From an uncultured cyanobacterium (GTDB lineage Bacteria; Cyanobacteriota; Cyanobacteriia; Cyanobacteriales; CAWCAG01), in contig CAWDOD010000010.1 of the NCBI GenBank assembly GCA_963803805.1, positions 352,001 through 416,000 on the forward strand: DNA of 64,000 bases. The letters are read 5' to 3'. Shown here one piece after another: positions 30,262-39,876 of the stretch; within the stretch, counting starts at the first letter, position 1, and each line of letters opens with the position of its first letter. Made by a program: the position numbers and the translations under genes. Below the pieces are notes generated by a model, which was not told the origin of the DNA, ran no database searches, and was given only the letters and a program-made list of their open reading frames with translations.

Positions 30262-31626
30262 TCACTGCTTCTTTTTCATTGACTTAGACTGCCATCCCTT
30301 CCTCACCACCTGGCGGGATCTTGCTACCACTAAAGAATCATCTTCTACATCTTTTGTTACTACCGAACCCGCAGCAACCGTTACATTTTCTCCTAAAGTA
30401 ACTGGGGCCACCAACACACTATTGGAACCAGTTTTACTACTATTACCGATCAAAGTAGGGTGTTTTTGATAACCATCGTAATTAGCAGTTATAGTACCAG
30501 CACCAATATTAACGTTATCCCCCACAGTGGCATCTCCTAAATAAGCAAGGTGGGCTGCGTTAGTTTTGTTACCAATAGTCGTCTTCTTCACTTCCACAAA
30601 GTTACCCAAGCGGCAAGATTCTCCTACCTTTGCTTGACCCCGTAGATGGGTATAAGGGCCAATTTGTGTTCCTGCCGCCACTTGACTATCCCTAACCACT
30701 GAATAAAAAACAGTCACATTTTCGCCAATGTGACTGTTTTCGATTAAACTTCCTGGCCCCACACGACTTCCGGAACCAATAGTTGTCTTACCTCGCAAAT
30801 GGGTTTGAGGTTCAATAATCACATCTGCCTGCAACTGTACCGTTTCATCAATAGTAATGCTATCGGGGTCAATCATCGTTACCCCTGCTTTTAACCAATG
30901 ATCCTTAACTCTTTGTTGCAGCATCTTCCCCGCGGCAGCCAATTGCTGACGATCGTTAATTCCAGTAATCTCTTGGTAATCAGCCACATCAACAGCCATC
31001 ACTGTTTCTAATAAAGAACAAACATCCGTAAGATAATATTCTTTCTGGTCATTATCTGCGGATAATTGGGGTAGAACTGCTGCTAATTTTGGCCAATTGA
31101 AGCAATAAACTCCGGCATTAATACGTTTATTTTCTTTTTGTTTAGGAGTACAATCCCGGTGTTCAACAATTTTTTCCACTAAATAATTACGATCACAAAA
31201 TACCCTACCGTAACCTTGAGGATTTGGTAATTGGGCTGTTAATAGAGTTGCTGCGTTACCATTTTTTTTATGGGTTTCGACTAGTTTTTTTAGGGTTTCT
31301 CGACGGAGTAAAGGAACATCCCCATTAAGTACTAACAAATCTCCTTCAAAATTTTTTAAGTAAGGTAAAATTTGCTGGACTGCATGACCTGTACCCAATT
31401 GCTGAGTCTGTTCAACAAACTCAATACCGGGAAGAGACTGGAGATTTTCCTTAACTCTTTGGGCCTCATAACCAACAATCACTATTTTTTGGGAAGGGTT
31501 AAGGGACTCACTACTATTAAGTACTCGTTCAACTAAAGACTTCCCCCCCAAGCTATGCAAAACCTTGGGTAAGTCTGACTTCATTCTCGTACCCTTTCCT
31601 GCTGCAAGAACTGCTACCGCTACCAT
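30262..31626 (-). CDS. glmU: Bifunctional UDP-GlcNAc pyrophosphorylase / glucosamine-1-phosphate acetyltransferase
   Basis: [35 protein letters not shown], hexapeptide repeats. Confidence 0.97.
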   Translation of the reverse strand: MVAVAVLAAGKGTRMKSDLPKVLHSLGGKSLVERVLNSSESLNPSQKIVIVGYEAQRVKENLQSLPGIEFVEQTQQLGTGHAVQQILPYLKNFEGDLLVLNGDVPLLRRETLKKLVETHKKNGNAATLLTAQLPNPQGYGRVFCDRNYLVEKIVEHRDCTPKQKENKRINAGVYCFNWPKLAAVLPQLSADNDQKEYYLTDVCSLLETVMAVDVADYQEITGINDRQQLAAAGKMLQQRVKDHWLKAGVTMIDPDSITIDETVQLQADVIIEPQTHLRGKTTIGSGSRVGPGSLIENSHIGENVTVFYSVVRDSQVAAGTQIGPYTHLRGQAKVGESCRLGNFVEVKKTTIGNKTNAAHLAYLGDATVGDNVNIGAGTITANYDGYQKHPTLIGNSSKTGSNSVLVAPVTLGENVTVAAGSVVTKDVEDDSLVVARSRQVVRKGWQSKSMKKKQ

Positions 31627-31734
31627 CGCTTCTCCCCAAGTCAAAGTGCTTCGAGGTGGAGTATAACCTAAACGTTTGGTAATTTAAAGCTTGAATTTTA
31701 GTTTTAGGGTAGCAAATTTCTGCTTAATTCCCGT

Positions 31735-32784
31735 TTATGCCTGAGAATCTCCTTCTGCTTTTTCACTCAAAACAGAACGAACAAATTCTGTAAACTGATC
31801 TGCGAGTTGAGGATTACGCCAGCCTTTATTCTTTTCTTCGAGGATAATTTCTAAGGCCTGTTGGGGAGTGAAAGCTTGTTTATAAGGACGTTTACTTGTT
31901 AAGGCATTGTAAATATCGATAATTTGAAAGATTTGTGCCAGCAAAGGAATATCTTCCCCTACTAAACCATCAGGATAACCGCCCCCATCCCAACGTTCGT
32001 GATGATGACGAATAATAGGCAAAACTCCTTCCATCCCCCTAAGAGGTTGGCAAAGCTTTTCACCGATGAGAACGTGTTGGTTAATTAGTTTCCTCTCTTC
32101 GAGGGTTAGTTTACCTTCTTTAAGCAAGACAGCATCAGGAATGCCTACTGTACCTAAGTCGTGGAGATAGATCGCTTTGATTAAATCTTTAACTTTAGCT
32201 AAAGGAAGTCCTAAATATTCTCCAAAGGATTGGGCTAGTTGAATTAATCTTTCTGAAGATTTACTGCGATCGCTATCCCGTTCTCCTATGGCTTTAGCAA
32301 TAGAAAAAAGTACCTGTTCGGTATGATCGAGGTCTTCATAAAGGCGCTTTTGACGAATAAAAGATTTAACCCTAGTGGCTAGTTCCAAGCGATCTAAAGG
32401 TTTAGGAAGTAAGTCATCTCCCCCAGCTTCTAAACTTTGGGTATAAGTCTTTCTATCATTGAGTACGGTGATAAAAATAACCGGAATCGAAGCTGTAGTT
32501 TCGTTTGCTTTAATACCTTTACAAATCTCAAACCCATCAAACTCAGGAAGCATTATATCCAGTAAAATCAAGTCTGGCTCTTGGGCAATGACATATTCTA
32601 AGACTTTTTTACTATTTTCTAGCTCAATAACTTCATAACCTTCTATGGATAATAAAGCCGACACAGCCATACGGCTAGAAGCATTATCATCCACAACCAG
32701 AATCTTCGCTGGTTGGGAATCTAGAATGCTTACGGAAGAAGAATTAATTTCTTTTAATTTATTTTCCCCTGACAAGATATTCAT
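31735..32784 (-). CDS. Response regulator with HD-GYP phosphodiesterase domain
   Basis: ILVVDD receiver, LHDLG, HHERWDGGGYPDGL, RPYK. Confidence 0.92.
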   Translation of the reverse strand: MNILSGENKLKEINSSSVSILDSQPAKILVVDDNASSRMAVSALLSIEGYEVIELENSKKVLEYVIAQEPDLILLDIMLPEFDGFEICKGIKANETTASIPVIFITVLNDRKTYTQSLEAGGDDLLPKPLDRLELATRVKSFIRQKRLYEDLDHTEQVLFSIAKAIGERDSDRSKSSERLIQLAQSFGEYLGLPLAKVKDLIKAIYLHDLGTVGIPDAVLLKEGKLTLEERKLINQHVLIGEKLCQPLRGMEGVLPIIRHHHERWDGGGYPDGLVGEDIPLLAQIFQIIDIYNALTSKRPYKQAFTPQQALEIILEEKNKGWRNPQLADQFTEFVRSVLSEKAEGDSQA

Positions 32785-32932
32785 GGGTATATTAAATGGT
32801 CTAGCTTTAGTATGCTCAAAAGTATAGCGAGTTTAAATCGGGTTTTTTACTGAATTTGCTATTTGCTAATGGCTATTTGCTATTAATCAAGTGGTTAGTA
32901 GGGATGAGGTGCTAGTTATCCCTACTAGAGCA

Positions 32933-32974
32933 TAGCCATTAGCCATTAGCCATTAGCCATTAGCCATTAGCCAT
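32933..32974 (+). repeat. Heptamer tandem repeat (TAGCCAT)x6, STRR-like
   Basis: Direct reading; related TAGCAA(T/C) arrays near 15620, 38865 and (reverse) 41775. Confidence 0.9.
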
Positions 32975-33725
32975 TAAAAACAGAAACTCTAGAACGACTA
33001 ACCAAAGCTAAAGCTTCGACTAAGCTGCGTACAACAGCCACCATCGCTACTTCACTATCAAGTTGATTAATAGCAGAACCAACTCCTACTCCCGCAGCAC
33101 CAGCAGCGATCGCCATAGGAACCGTGACACTAGATAAACCAGAAGCACAAAGTACTGGGACTTGTACCCCCTGGGAAATACTTGTAGCCGCAGCTAAAGT
33201 GGGAGCAGCTTTTTCAATTAAACCTAGAGTCCCAGGATGCTTAGGGCTAGTGCTAGTGCCTCCTTCTGTTTGAATAATATCTGCACCTGCACTTACTAAC
33301 TCCTCTGCCAATTTAACCTGTTCATCCAAAGGAAGAATATGAGGTACGGTGACAGAAAGGGGAACATCAGGAAGTAAAGAGCGTGTTTTTTGAGTCAAAG
33401 CCAAAACTTCTGGGGCCTCAAAACGCCGTCCTTGGGCATAAAAGCTATCAAAATTACCAATTTCAATTAAATCAGCACCAGCGTTAATAGCTTCAACGAA
33501 TAACTCTGGTTCAACAGCAGAAACACAGATCGGCAGAGCAATTTGTTGACGTACAGCAGCAATTAAATCTGCATCAGCAGCAATATCCACAAGGCTAGCC
33601 CCCCCAGCCTGGGCAGCTTTCACCACAGCTAGAACTTTATGATGATCAAAGTTGTTTAAACCACTAATCACCTTAAGGACTTTTTGTTGCTGAAACAACT
33701 TCTCTAGTCTAGGATGGATGTTCAT
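32967..33725 (-). CDS. ycf23: Ycf23 / DUF561 family protein
   Basis: LKVISGLNNFD, IEIGNFDSFY, LSVTVPHIL, IQTEGG. Confidence 0.9.
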   Translation of the reverse strand: MNIHPRLEKLFQQQKVLKVISGLNNFDHHKVLAVVKAAQAGGASLVDIAADADLIAAVRQQIALPICVSAVEPELFVEAINAGADLIEIGNFDSFYAQGRRFEAPEVLALTQKTRSLLPDVPLSVTVPHILPLDEQVKLAEELVSAGADIIQTEGGTSTSPKHPGTLGLIEKAAPTLAAATSISQGVQVPVLCASGLSSVTVPMAIAAGAAGVGVGSAINQLDSEVAMVAVVRSLVEALALVSRSRVSVFNG

Positions 33726-33897
33726 AATTAATTTTTAGCTCCTAATCTAAAATTCAGCGATACTATAAGTAATACTAAGTATCCCTTGGGTGCATCCTTT
33801 GGTTTCAATTTTTTTTACCAAGGGAATGTTTACATTACCAAATAGGAGCATACCTAATATTTGGTTAAACAAACCTCGCTCCTCATCCCCAAAAGCC

Positions 33898-35001
33898 ATG
33901 AATTTTCCTCCAGCGAACCTCTCTTCTTTCCACTCAGACGTTTTTGAAAAAACTGCCTTGGGTCAAATTTGCGGTAAAGAACAGCTTTTCCGCGATCGCT
34001 ACGAAGTTTTACGGATGCTCGGTAGAGGTGGCTTCGGAGTTACCTTTTTAGCTAGGGATACCTCTCTACCAGGAAATCCTAAATGCGTTATTAAGCAGTT
34101 ATGCCCAAAGGTTAGTGATGAGTCAGCTTTAGTAATAGCCCGCCAGCGTTTTCAAAGGGAAGCCAAAACCCTTTCCCTGTTAGGTCATCATTCCCAAATA
34201 CCCTTACTCTTGGATTATTTCGTTATTGGTGAAGATTTTTATCTGGTTCAAGAGTATATCCATGGCCTAACCCTAGCAAGGTTGATTAGACGCTATGGCC
34301 CCATGTCTGAAAATCTTGTTAAGCACTTTTTAGGGGAAATCATTCCCATACTAGAATATGTCCACAAACACGGCGTTATTCATCGAGACATTAAGCCCCA
34401 AAATATTCTTCGCTGTAAACAGGATGGTAGATTAGTTCTCATTGACTTTGGCGCTGTCAAAGAGCAAATCTCTCAACCAGGGGATAGTAGCATTCGGGGA
34501 GGAACAACTAACTTTATTGGTACTGTAGGTTTTGCCCCCCCAGAACAATTTTCTTTGCGCCCTGTATTTGCTAGTGATATTTATGCGGTGGGGGTAACTT
34601 GCTTATATTTATTAACAGGAAAAGCGCCCTTAGATTTCCAAACTAATCTCCACACCGGACAGATGAAATGGCGAGAAGTGGTAGAAGTCAGCGATACTTT
34701 TGCTCAAGTTTTGGATAAGATGCTAAAGATTTCTCTTCCTGAACGCTATCAATCTATCTCTGCGTTGAAAGTTGCTTTAGAAACACCCCAAACGGTCAAA
34801 GAATTAGGACAATGTATGAATATTCAATCTCGTCCTAGTAAAGAATATTCTTCCCAAAAAGATAGTCCCGAAGAAGTTCACAATCGCCATATTGCCAAGG
34901 TAGCCGCTTCTATCCGCCAATGGAAGAGTAAGCGCAGTCAGAAGAAAAGTTCCCCTACCAAAAGGGGCAATATGCGTTTGTTGAGTAGTTCAGGGAGTTA
35001 A
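33898..35001 (+). CDS. Hanks-type Ser/Thr protein kinase
   Basis: LGRGGFG, VIK, HRDIKPQN, DFG, APPE; start taken at ATG 33898. Confidence 0.92.
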   Translation: MNFPPANLSSFHSDVFEKTALGQICGKEQLFRDRYEVLRMLGRGGFGVTFLARDTSLPGNPKCVIKQLCPKVSDESALVIARQRFQREAKTLSLLGHHSQIPLLLDYFVIGEDFYLVQEYIHGLTLARLIRRYGPMSENLVKHFLGEIIPILEYVHKHGVIHRDIKPQNILRCKQDGRLVLIDFGAVKEQISQPGDSSIRGGTTNFIGTVGFAPPEQFSLRPVFASDIYAVGVTCLYLLTGKAPLDFQTNLHTGQMKWREVVEVSDTFAQVLDKMLKISLPERYQSISALKVALETPQTVKELGQCMNIQSRPSKEYSSQKDSPEEVHNRHIAKVAASIRQWKSKRSQKKSSPTKRGNMRLLSSSGS

Positions 35002-35150
35002 AAACCTTTTTTGTGGATCAAGGTTTGCGTCATAGGCTTAATTGTTTTGATTTCAATCTTAGCCAAAATATCGAAATTCAAAGGCATCGTTAAATAACTT
35101 ACATCTTTAGCTAAGATAATAATCAATTAGGTTGTACTCAAACAAAACCC

Positions 35151-35924
35151 GTGCTGTCTACCCTTATCGCTGATTTTCGGATTATTTTTGAACGTGACCC
35201 CGCCGCCCGTAACTGGCTGGAGGTCTTGTTTTGCTATCCTGGTTTACAAGCAATTCTGTTTCATCGCCTTGCCCACAGCTTGTATAAACTGAAGATACCC
35301 TTCGTTCCTCGCTTTATTTCTCACTTAGGTAGATTCTTCACTGGTATTGAAATTCATCCAGGGGCGCAAATGGGTAAGGGAGTTTGCATTGACCACGGTA
35401 TGGGTATCGTTGTGGGTGAGACAGCCATCATTGGAGATTACTGCTTGATTTACCAAGGAGTTACTTTAGGGGGAACAGGAAAAGAAAGTGGCAAACGCCA
35501 CCCTACCCTTGGAGAAAATGTTGTAGTTGGCGCTGGTGCTAAAGTTTTGGGTAACATCCAAATTGGTGACGATGTACGTATTGGTGCTGGCTCAGTAGTA
35601 TTGAGAGATGTACCTTCTGATTGTACTGTGGTGGGAGTTCCAGGCAGAGTTGTTTATCGCTCTGGAGTTAAGGTAAGCCCGTTGGAACACGCAAGTCTAC
35701 CAGATTCTGAAGCTGCTGTGATTAGGGCTTTAGTTGATCGTATTGAGTCTTTAGAAAAGGAAATAACTAGTCTCAAAAAACAACAGTGCCAAACTCATGT
35801 CCTCGCTGCTGTTGCTACTTCTAAGTTAGATATTACCGAAGAAGATACCCAAGGAAAATCTTGCCGTCTTAGCGACAAGGAGATACAAGAGTTTTTAGAG
35901 GGGACAGGTATTGCTAAGAGGTAG
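35151..35924 (+). CDS. cysE: Serine O-acetyltransferase
   Basis: RDPAA, TGIEIHPGA, DHGMG, GGTGKESGKRHP. Confidence 0.96.
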   Translation: MLSTLIADFRIIFERDPAARNWLEVLFCYPGLQAILFHRLAHSLYKLKIPFVPRFISHLGRFFTGIEIHPGAQMGKGVCIDHGMGIVVGETAIIGDYCLIYQGVTLGGTGKESGKRHPTLGENVVVGAGAKVLGNIQIGDDVRIGAGSVVLRDVPSDCTVVGVPGRVVYRSGVKVSPLEHASLPDSEAAVIRALVDRIESLEKEITSLKKQQCQTHVLAAVATSKLDITEEDTQGKSCRLSDKEIQEFLEGTGIAKR

Positions 35925-36177
35925 ACAATATCTACCCTTTACCCCCGTTAGCCATTCTTGAGAAACTGAATTGTGAGTGTTTAAGCCGATTGAGTATTGT
36001 ACCCACTCCGGTTTACTATGGACTTGCGATGAAATATAGCGAATCAATGTTTTTAACTCCCGCTTTCTGTAGTAAACACGGCGACCAACAAGCGTGTACC
36101 CTACCTCCGCAAATATATCGTGCCACTAAACACAGACTTAGTATTAGTCGAATTTTGCTTAACCATTAGCAAATCTT

Positions 36178-36201
36178 ACATTTAGAAACATTTCTAAATG
36201 T
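36178..36201. promoter_or_regulatory. 11-2-11 palindrome upstream of bicA (candidate operator)
   Basis: ACATTTAGAAA-CA-TTTCTAAATGT. Confidence 0.5.
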
Positions 36202-36243
36202 GTAGTCTTGGTATAGACTGAACCAAATGATAACTTTAAATCA

Positions 36244-36259
36244 ATAGATTTTTATCTAT
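36244..36259. promoter_or_regulatory. NdhR (CcmR) LysR-type site
   Basis: ATAG-N8-CTAT about 50 bp upstream of bicA. Confidence 0.7.
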
Positions 36260-36307
36260 AAAAGTGCGTTTAAATCAAAGATTACTACTTAGACAACTTA
36301 CAAATTC

Positions 36308-38026
36308 ATGCAAATAGTTAACCGCATTCATTTTAGGAACCTACGGGGGGATATTTTCGGTGGTTTAACCGCCGCAGTTATCGCCCTACCAATGGCCCTC
36401 GCTTTCGGGGTAGCTTCTGGTGCAGGTCCAGCGGCTGGTCTTTATGGAGCCGTTTTAGTGGGCTTTTTCGCAGCCCTTTTTGGGGGAACTCCTACCCTCA
36501 TTTCTGAACCAACAGGGCCAATGACAGTAGTGATGACTGCTGTCATTGCTGACTTGACTGCTGCTGATCCTGAAAATGGTCTAGCTATGGCTTTTACGGT
36601 AGTCATGCTGGCTGGGGTGTTACAAATCATCTTTGGAGTCTTGCGCCTGGGTAAATACGTTACCCTCATGCCTTATACCGTAGTTTCAGGCTTTATGTCT
36701 GGGATCGGTATCATTCTGATTATCTTACAAATAAGCCCCTTTCTTGGACAAGCAAGTCCTAAAGGTGGTGTAGTTGGTACAATCCAGAATTTGCCAGATT
36801 TATTAGCTAATATTAATCCGGCTGAGTTAGCTTTGAGTGCTATCACCGTAGCCTTACTTGTATTTACACCAGGTAAAATTAAGAAATTTTTGCCACCCCA
36901 GCTTTTAGCTTTAATCTTGGGAACAATAATTTCTTTAACTGTATTTTCTAGTGTAGAGATTCGTCGTATTATCGATATTGGTAAAATTCCTACTGGTTTG
37001 CCATCTTTACACGTACCTGTTTTTAGCCCTGAGCAACTACAGTTAATGTTTGTTGATGCTTTAGTTTTGGGGATGCTTGGTTGCATTGATGCTTTGCTTA
37101 CTTCTGTGGTTGCAGACAGTCTCACCCGCACCCAACACGATTCTAATAAAGAATTAATTGGTCAAGGGCTTGGTAATATTGCTTCTGGACTATTTGGTGG
37201 AATTGCTGGTGCTGGGGCAACCATGGGAACAGTTGTTAATATCCAAGCAGGAGGACGTACGGCTTTATCTGGTTTAACTCGTGCCTTTATTTTGCTGGTT
37301 GTTGTCTTGGGGGCTGCTGGCTTAACAGAAAGTATCCCTCTAGCAGTCTTAGCCGGTATTGCCCTCAAAGTTGGTATTGATATCATTGACTGGGGTTTCT
37401 TGAAACGGGCCCACAAAGTTTCTTGGAAAGCAGCCATGATTATGTATGGGGTAATTATCCTCACGGTATTTGTTGACTTAATTGCGGCTGTTGGGGTTGG
37501 TGTATTTGTAGCTAATATTTTAACTATCGAACGCTTAAGCAAACTACAATCCAATGACGTGAAAGCAATTACCGATGCTGATGATGTCATTCTCTTAGAT
37601 GAAGAAGAGAAACAACTCCTCAATGCTGGAAATGGTCGTATTCTGATTTTCCACCTTGATGGGCCGATGATTTTCGGTGTTGCGAAAGCTATTTCTCGGC
37701 AACAAATAGCTATGGAAGATCACGATGTTTTAATTCTTGATTTAAGCGATGTACCTATCTTAGGTGTAACTTCTTCTTTAGCGATTGAAAATACCATTCA
37801 AGAAGCTTGCGATAAAGGCCGCCACGTCTTTATTGTGGGAGCTGCAGGAGCAATTAAACGCCGTTTACAAAAATTTGGTATTTTACAACTCTTACCACCC
37901 CACAATTTGGTAGTAGACCGTTTAGATGCTCTCAAACAGGCCGTTACTTTAATTAAGGGATATGAACCAGATTTAGAGCCAGTAGTTGCTGATAGAAATA
38001 TAGCTGAGGGTTCAAGTGCTGTTTAA
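36308..38026 (+). CDS. bicA: Na+-dependent bicarbonate transporter BicA (SulP + STAS)
   Basis: GDIFGGLTAAVIALPMALAFG, ISEPTGPMT, GATMGTVVN, STAS domain. Confidence 0.92.
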   Translation: MQIVNRIHFRNLRGDIFGGLTAAVIALPMALAFGVASGAGPAAGLYGAVLVGFFAALFGGTPTLISEPTGPMTVVMTAVIADLTAADPENGLAMAFTVVMLAGVLQIIFGVLRLGKYVTLMPYTVVSGFMSGIGIILIILQISPFLGQASPKGGVVGTIQNLPDLLANINPAELALSAITVALLVFTPGKIKKFLPPQLLALILGTIISLTVFSSVEIRRIIDIGKIPTGLPSLHVPVFSPEQLQLMFVDALVLGMLGCIDALLTSVVADSLTRTQHDSNKELIGQGLGNIASGLFGGIAGAGATMGTVVNIQAGGRTALSGLTRAFILLVVVLGAAGLTESIPLAVLAGIALKVGIDIIDWGFLKRAHKVSWKAAMIMYGVIILTVFVDLIAAVGVGVFVANILTIERLSKLQSNDVKAITDADDVILLDEEEKQLLNAGNGRILIFHLDGPMIFGVAKAISRQQIAMEDHDVLILDLSDVPILGVTSSLAIENTIQEACDKGRHVFIVGAAGAIKRRLQKFGILQLLPPHNLVVDRLDALKQAVTLIKGYEPDLEPVVADRNIAEGSSAV

Positions 38027-38090
38027 GAGCAATTTCCGCTACTTGTGAGGTAAATCTTAATTAGTAATGGTGCATTTTGTACCACTTTTC

Positions 38091-38134
38091 AAAGGGTTAA
38101 AGGGAAGGTTTACTAGTATTTCCTTTTAACCCTT
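38091..38134. terminator. Hairpin between convergent bicA and ankyrin genes
   Basis: AAAGGGTTAAA... / ...TTTAACCCTTT inverted repeat. Confidence 0.6.
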
Positions 38135-38162
38135 TCTTAATTAAGTATCTCTACAACTAATA

Positions 38163-38693
38163 CTAAAAGTCAATGTTTGATCCATTTACGATACTTTGCA
38201 AGTACTCTGCGGATTTTTGTTTTTTGAGAATTGTTGCTTCCTCTAATGGCGTTGCGTAATCGTCTATTTCAGTCCTTATTGTTAGATCTGCCGCATTTTT
38301 AACTAGTATTCTTAATGCCTCAAGATCCTCTCTAGCTGCTGCCATATGTAAGGGAGTCCAATCATTTATTCCTTTCTTATTAATTGGTGCGCCACAGTCA
38401 ATTAGGAGCTGTATGATTTCATATTTGTCAGGCAGATCACGCTCTATGGCGCTTAAAATTGGTGTGTAGCCCTCGTCATCACGGAAGGACAAATCTACAT
38501 CCTTAGAAAGAACCCATTTCACCGATTCAAGAGAGCCACAATCTATAGCATTGGTTATCCACTGCCTATGAATAAAATCATCAACACCTTTTGGAAAGCT
38601 ATCGATAACTTTCTCTGCTTCTTCTAATAACTCGATATTGCTTTCGGCTAGCAAATTTATGAGGTAACTATACTCCTTGTAAGTGCCAGTCAT
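38163..38693 (-). CDS. Ankyrin-repeat protein
   Basis: GYTPILSA, WTPLHMAA, ATPLEEA repeats. Confidence 0.85.
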   Translation of the reverse strand: MTGTYKEYSYLINLLAESNIELLEEAEKVIDSFPKGVDDFIHRQWITNAIDCGSLESVKWVLSKDVDLSFRDDEGYTPILSAIERDLPDKYEIIQLLIDCGAPINKKGINDWTPLHMAAAREDLEALRILVKNAADLTIRTEIDDYATPLEEATILKKQKSAEYLQSIVNGSNIDF

Positions 38694-38807
38694 ACCAAAT
38701 CCTGTTTAAATAGCCTAAGTTATCGGTAAGGGTAGGGAGTAGGCAGTAGAGTTTGAAAACTTTTTCGGTGAATTTTGTATTTAGTTTTTAATAACCGGAT
38801 TTGGCAT
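38692..38807. mobile_element. Possible ~116-bp MITE-like element
   Basis: Ends ATACCAAATCCTGTT and AACCGGATTTGGCAT are inverted (13/15 match); non-coding interior. Confidence 0.4.
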
Positions 38808-38889
38808 CATGTCATATAACTTTCCTTGTGCGATCGCTTCGCTGCCCCCGTGAGGAAACTATTAGCAATTAGCAACTAGCAACTAGCAA

Positions 38890-39447
38890 TTAGAAATGAG
38901 CAAAAACAATCTGTTCGATATCTGCTAAAGCTGCTTCAAAATCATCATTAACAACTTGATAAGCAAACTCATCTGCTGCTGCAATTTCTTCAACTGCCCT
39001 TTCTAAGCGTTTGTTGATTACTGCTTCAGAATCTTTACCCCTACCTCTTAAACGAGCCTCTAATTCTTCAATCGAAGGGGGTAAAATGAAAATACGCAGA
39101 GCTTGAGGGAAAATTTCTTTGATTTTCCTCGCCCCGATTAACTCAATTTCTAAAATTACAGAATTGCCACTATTGAGTTGTTTCTCCACAGAGGAACGAG
39201 GGGTTCCATAAAAATTGTCGGCATATTGCGCCCATTCCAATAGTTCCCCTCCCTCGATCATGGACTGAAACTGCTCTTTAGTGACAAAATAATAGTGTTG
39301 CCCCTCAACTTCTCCTTGACGAGGAGAACGAGTAGTAGCAGAAATAGAAAGATAAAGTTCGGGAAAACTCAACCTCAGCGATCGCACTAAAGTTCCTTTT
39401 CCTACGCCACTAGGGCCTGTTAACACTATTAATTGGCCTGGTTTCAC
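38890..39447 (-). CDS. gmk: Guanylate kinase
   Basis: GPSGVGKGT, SATTRSPRQGEVEG, YGTP. Confidence 0.96.
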   Translation of the reverse strand: MKPGQLIVLTGPSGVGKGTLVRSLRLSFPELYLSISATTRSPRQGEVEGQHYYFVTKEQFQSMIEGGELLEWAQYADNFYGTPRSSVEKQLNSGNSVILEIELIGARKIKEIFPQALRIFILPPSIEELEARLRGRGKDSEAVINKRLERAVEEIAAADEFAYQVVNDDFEAALADIEQIVFAHF

Positions 39448-39468
39448 AATCTTTTTTGGTTAATTGAG

Positions 39469-39738
39469 TTAATTGTTGTTGTTATTATCTGAGTCTTTGT
39501 GAACAACAAAGCGATTAGCTACTGTTTCTGGCTGTATAGCCGAAAGGATAACATGGCTAGAATCAGTCATAATTACAGCACGAGTACGACGACCATAGGT
39601 AGCATCAATCAGTTGTCCACGATCCCGTGCATCTGTAATGATACGCTTAATCGGGGCAGATTCAGGGCTGACTATAGCCACCACCCTATTAGCCGAGACT
39701 ATGTTACCAAAGCCGATGTTAATTAGTTGAATATCCAT
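39469..39738 (-). CDS. remA: RemA / DUF370 family protein
   Basis: [25 protein letters not shown]; typical gmk neighbour. Confidence 0.92.
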   Translation of the reverse strand: MDIQLINIGFGNIVSANRVVAIVSPESAPIKRIITDARDRGQLIDATYGRRTRAVIMTDSSHVILSAIQPETVANRFVVHKDSDNNNNN

Positions 39739-39876
39739 AGGGAACAAAGGACTAAGCCATTTAGAGAGAATTAAATCGATCTATCTCCCATTCTAAGAAG
39801 ATAAAACCCCTTTACTGCCAAAATAACTACTGATTTTAGTTTTTTTTGCTGTTTTTGGGCATTGAAGAAGTTGAAA

